This document shows, piece by piece, positions 7,401-9,744 of a stretch of 9,744 bases of DNA (the stretch's first letter is position 1; each line of letters starts with the position of its first letter). The notes beneath the pieces were generated by a model, which saw only the letters and a program-made list of their open reading frames with translations, did not search any database and was not told the origin of the DNA. A program made the translations under genes and the position numbers. Source of the stretch: Azolla caroliniana (lineage: Eukaryota; Plantae; Polypodiophyta); contig JBHGNT010001336.1 of NCBI GenBank assembly GCA_043228905.1, positions 1 to 9,744 on the forward strand, in the 5' to 3' direction.

Positions 7401-9744
7401 AATCTTAGGCAAATTCTTGTATGTAATTCATGAAGGGATGGGTCTTATAAGTGTTGACACACGTACTAGGAATGCAAATAGTTACAAGACATCATGTGCT
7501 AAGAACAATGTGAAAGTTGACATAAATAATGTAAGAGAGTTTACATGTGGATGAACCAATATAAAAAACTTCAGAAGTCCTCACAAATTCAATCAAAGAT
7601 AAGTTATAGCTATGATGGCCATACTAAATTACAAAATCTACGAAGATGCATGTAAACATGATTATAGTGGGAATGCATAAGTTTCTCAAACTTAATTTGT
7701 GTGGTCAAATGTATCTGATGTTTCGAGACAATTCCTTATAAAATATGCCCATTTTGAAGTCTTCATATTTTATTTTGAGACAATTCATCGTAAACTACCT
7801 CCAGATATTTGTTTGGTTTGAGATCGTGCAAACATGAACCATTTGCTCCTAGAAAAAAGAATTTATGATCCAACTTTATGAAATCCAAGGAGCGTCGCCT
7901 TTTACATCAAAGACAAGTCATAAAGAACTCCGTGGCTTTTCAATCTCCATTTCTACGAGTCAAGGTTGAAAATGAAAGCATTGTCTTTCTACAACAAGAT
8001 AAAAAAGAGGACAAAAACAAATCCATAAATGATTGGAATCATACATGCAAACTAGAAATTCTTCTTTTCAATTTGAAAAAGAAAAAGAAAAATTAGGGAT
8101 TCCCGTTTTCCATGAAGAAAAATAGCAACGCCCAAAATAACTACACCCACTAGTGTGATTGTACTTTGGAGTGGCCCAAAACTAATAAGATAACAATCAA
8201 TAGTTCATAATACATATAGATGAGATACCAATTTATTTAGTGCCAAAATGGAAAAGATTGGTAGGGTGAAGTATTTGCGTCTTATAGCACTTGGTTTTTG
8301 AAGTACTATTAGAGACAAAACACGCTACCTTAATGCTCAATGCCATTGATGGAGGATATATAACCAAATAGATGATTGTCCTAGGTTGGCGAAAGGTAAT
8401 TATCTGATTAGGATAGCTTCTACCCACTCCAATGATGGTAGATACAATGATCTAAATAAAGATGTTGCTTGATTGGTTGGTGCTTTGTAATGTGCCAAGG
8501 TGTTCCATGCATAAGTTTAGAGCACAACCTACCATCATTCAATCCCTAGAGTAGATGAGATCATCTTGTAAATAGAATATTTCACACTCAAAACCTAATA
8601 ACCCTCTTGACTAATTTATATATTGTTTCATCGTTACATGTCTGCCATTTGTGAAATATCTTTATTTTGGTTAGATCATGACAAAGTGTCTTTTTTTTGC
8701 AGCAAGAATAAAAATGATATGAAACCACTATAAACACTTCCATTCCTGCATACTTTTTACAATGAAGTTCGTCAAACTCTCAATACTCAAAAACTCAACT
8801 CCAAGTCTCCAACCTCCATATACCACTTGGCTAAGCCACAAACATAAGCAAATGAATCCATTTTAATATAAAATAATTGCAAACTAGCAATATTTTAACT
8901 CGTTTGAATGTACGAGTCCATCCTTCACCTCACCCTTTATGACCTTTGTTCATGCATGATCCCAATTTCTTTAATTAGTGATCATTAGGGTTGCTTTGTT
9001 GACCCTGTGCTTTAGTAGCACTATATACTACTTTGTTTCAATAACCTCATGCCCAACTTCATTTTGTTTTTGAGTTTATTGACAAGTAAAAGACAATGCA
9101 TCATATCATGCCTTACATGTAATGTATAATTCGTTTGTATTTTCCCTTGTTGTTTTCATTGGTTTTGAGTTTCTTTACGTGCACGCTTTCTCTTGTGCTA
9201 ATGGTCCTTGCCCTTATCCACACATACCAACACTCACATGTAATCACATGTGGTCACATACTTGTTGTACCAATCCATGTTATAAATCGTGAGAAACCTC
9301 AAAGTGCAATGAAAACCCATAATAACATGTCAAACTAGATGTATTAAAAGAATTAAGGCATAAATGTGTGCCACTATATCATGCGAAGCATAACAAACTT
9401 AAAAGAATCAAGGGAGGGGTGAAATGAATAACCAATATGCACAGGAAGAATATTGCCCAAAATTGACCAATTGAAAATTCAAATGCATGAATTATTTTCA
9501 TGCTTTGAACAAAAGTTCTAATTCTATAAGAACACAAAATGATAAAAATTGACGGAGATTGTTGACAGGTTTTTTGACTGATATATTAATGGGAAATAGT
9601 ATATTCAAGGCTTCATGTTTGTTCGCATGCTTGACATCTTGTTACGCAAATAGGCAGCCACAATGACATGTTACTTTGTGACTACTATAATCAGTTAATT
9701 AAGAAATATTTTTTGGAACACGACATCCTTGTTTGCAAGTTTGC

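Noticed and set aside
8431-8539. 11-bp inverted repeat AATGATGGTAG / CTACCATCATT
   Set aside because: Isolated stem with an 87-nt unpaired spacer; plausible by chance in AT-rich DNA.
6856-9338. ORFs 6856..7056, 7878..8096, 8233..8427 and 9135..9338
   Set aside because: No recognisable homology. The hydrophobic 9135 ORF starts at TTG in a T-rich tract, so it is not a credible second secreted peptide.

Overview
AT-rich, CpG-poor eukaryotic DNA, most consistent with a large land-plant genome (the TATG/CATA microsatellites and decayed retroelement are fern-like, but this is inference). The window holds one credible gene: an intronless + strand ORF at 5333-5674 encoding a 113-aa secreted pre-pro-peptide. 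It has a signal peptide, a poly-Ser/acidic spacer and two copies of an NH..L.S..[AG]DPExF motif, one at the extreme C-terminus. It has no Cys or Tyr and matches no plant peptide family I recognise. The gene has a (GA)25 tract abutting a TATA box and is bracketed by oppositely oriented TATG/CATA microsatellite arrays and CpG-retaining shoulders. The rest looks like decayed, probably transposon-derived intergenic DNA, including a heavily degraded Ty3/gypsy-like gag-protease remnant at about 550-1775 and a few small duplications and hairpins. The other ORFs in the track appear spurious.
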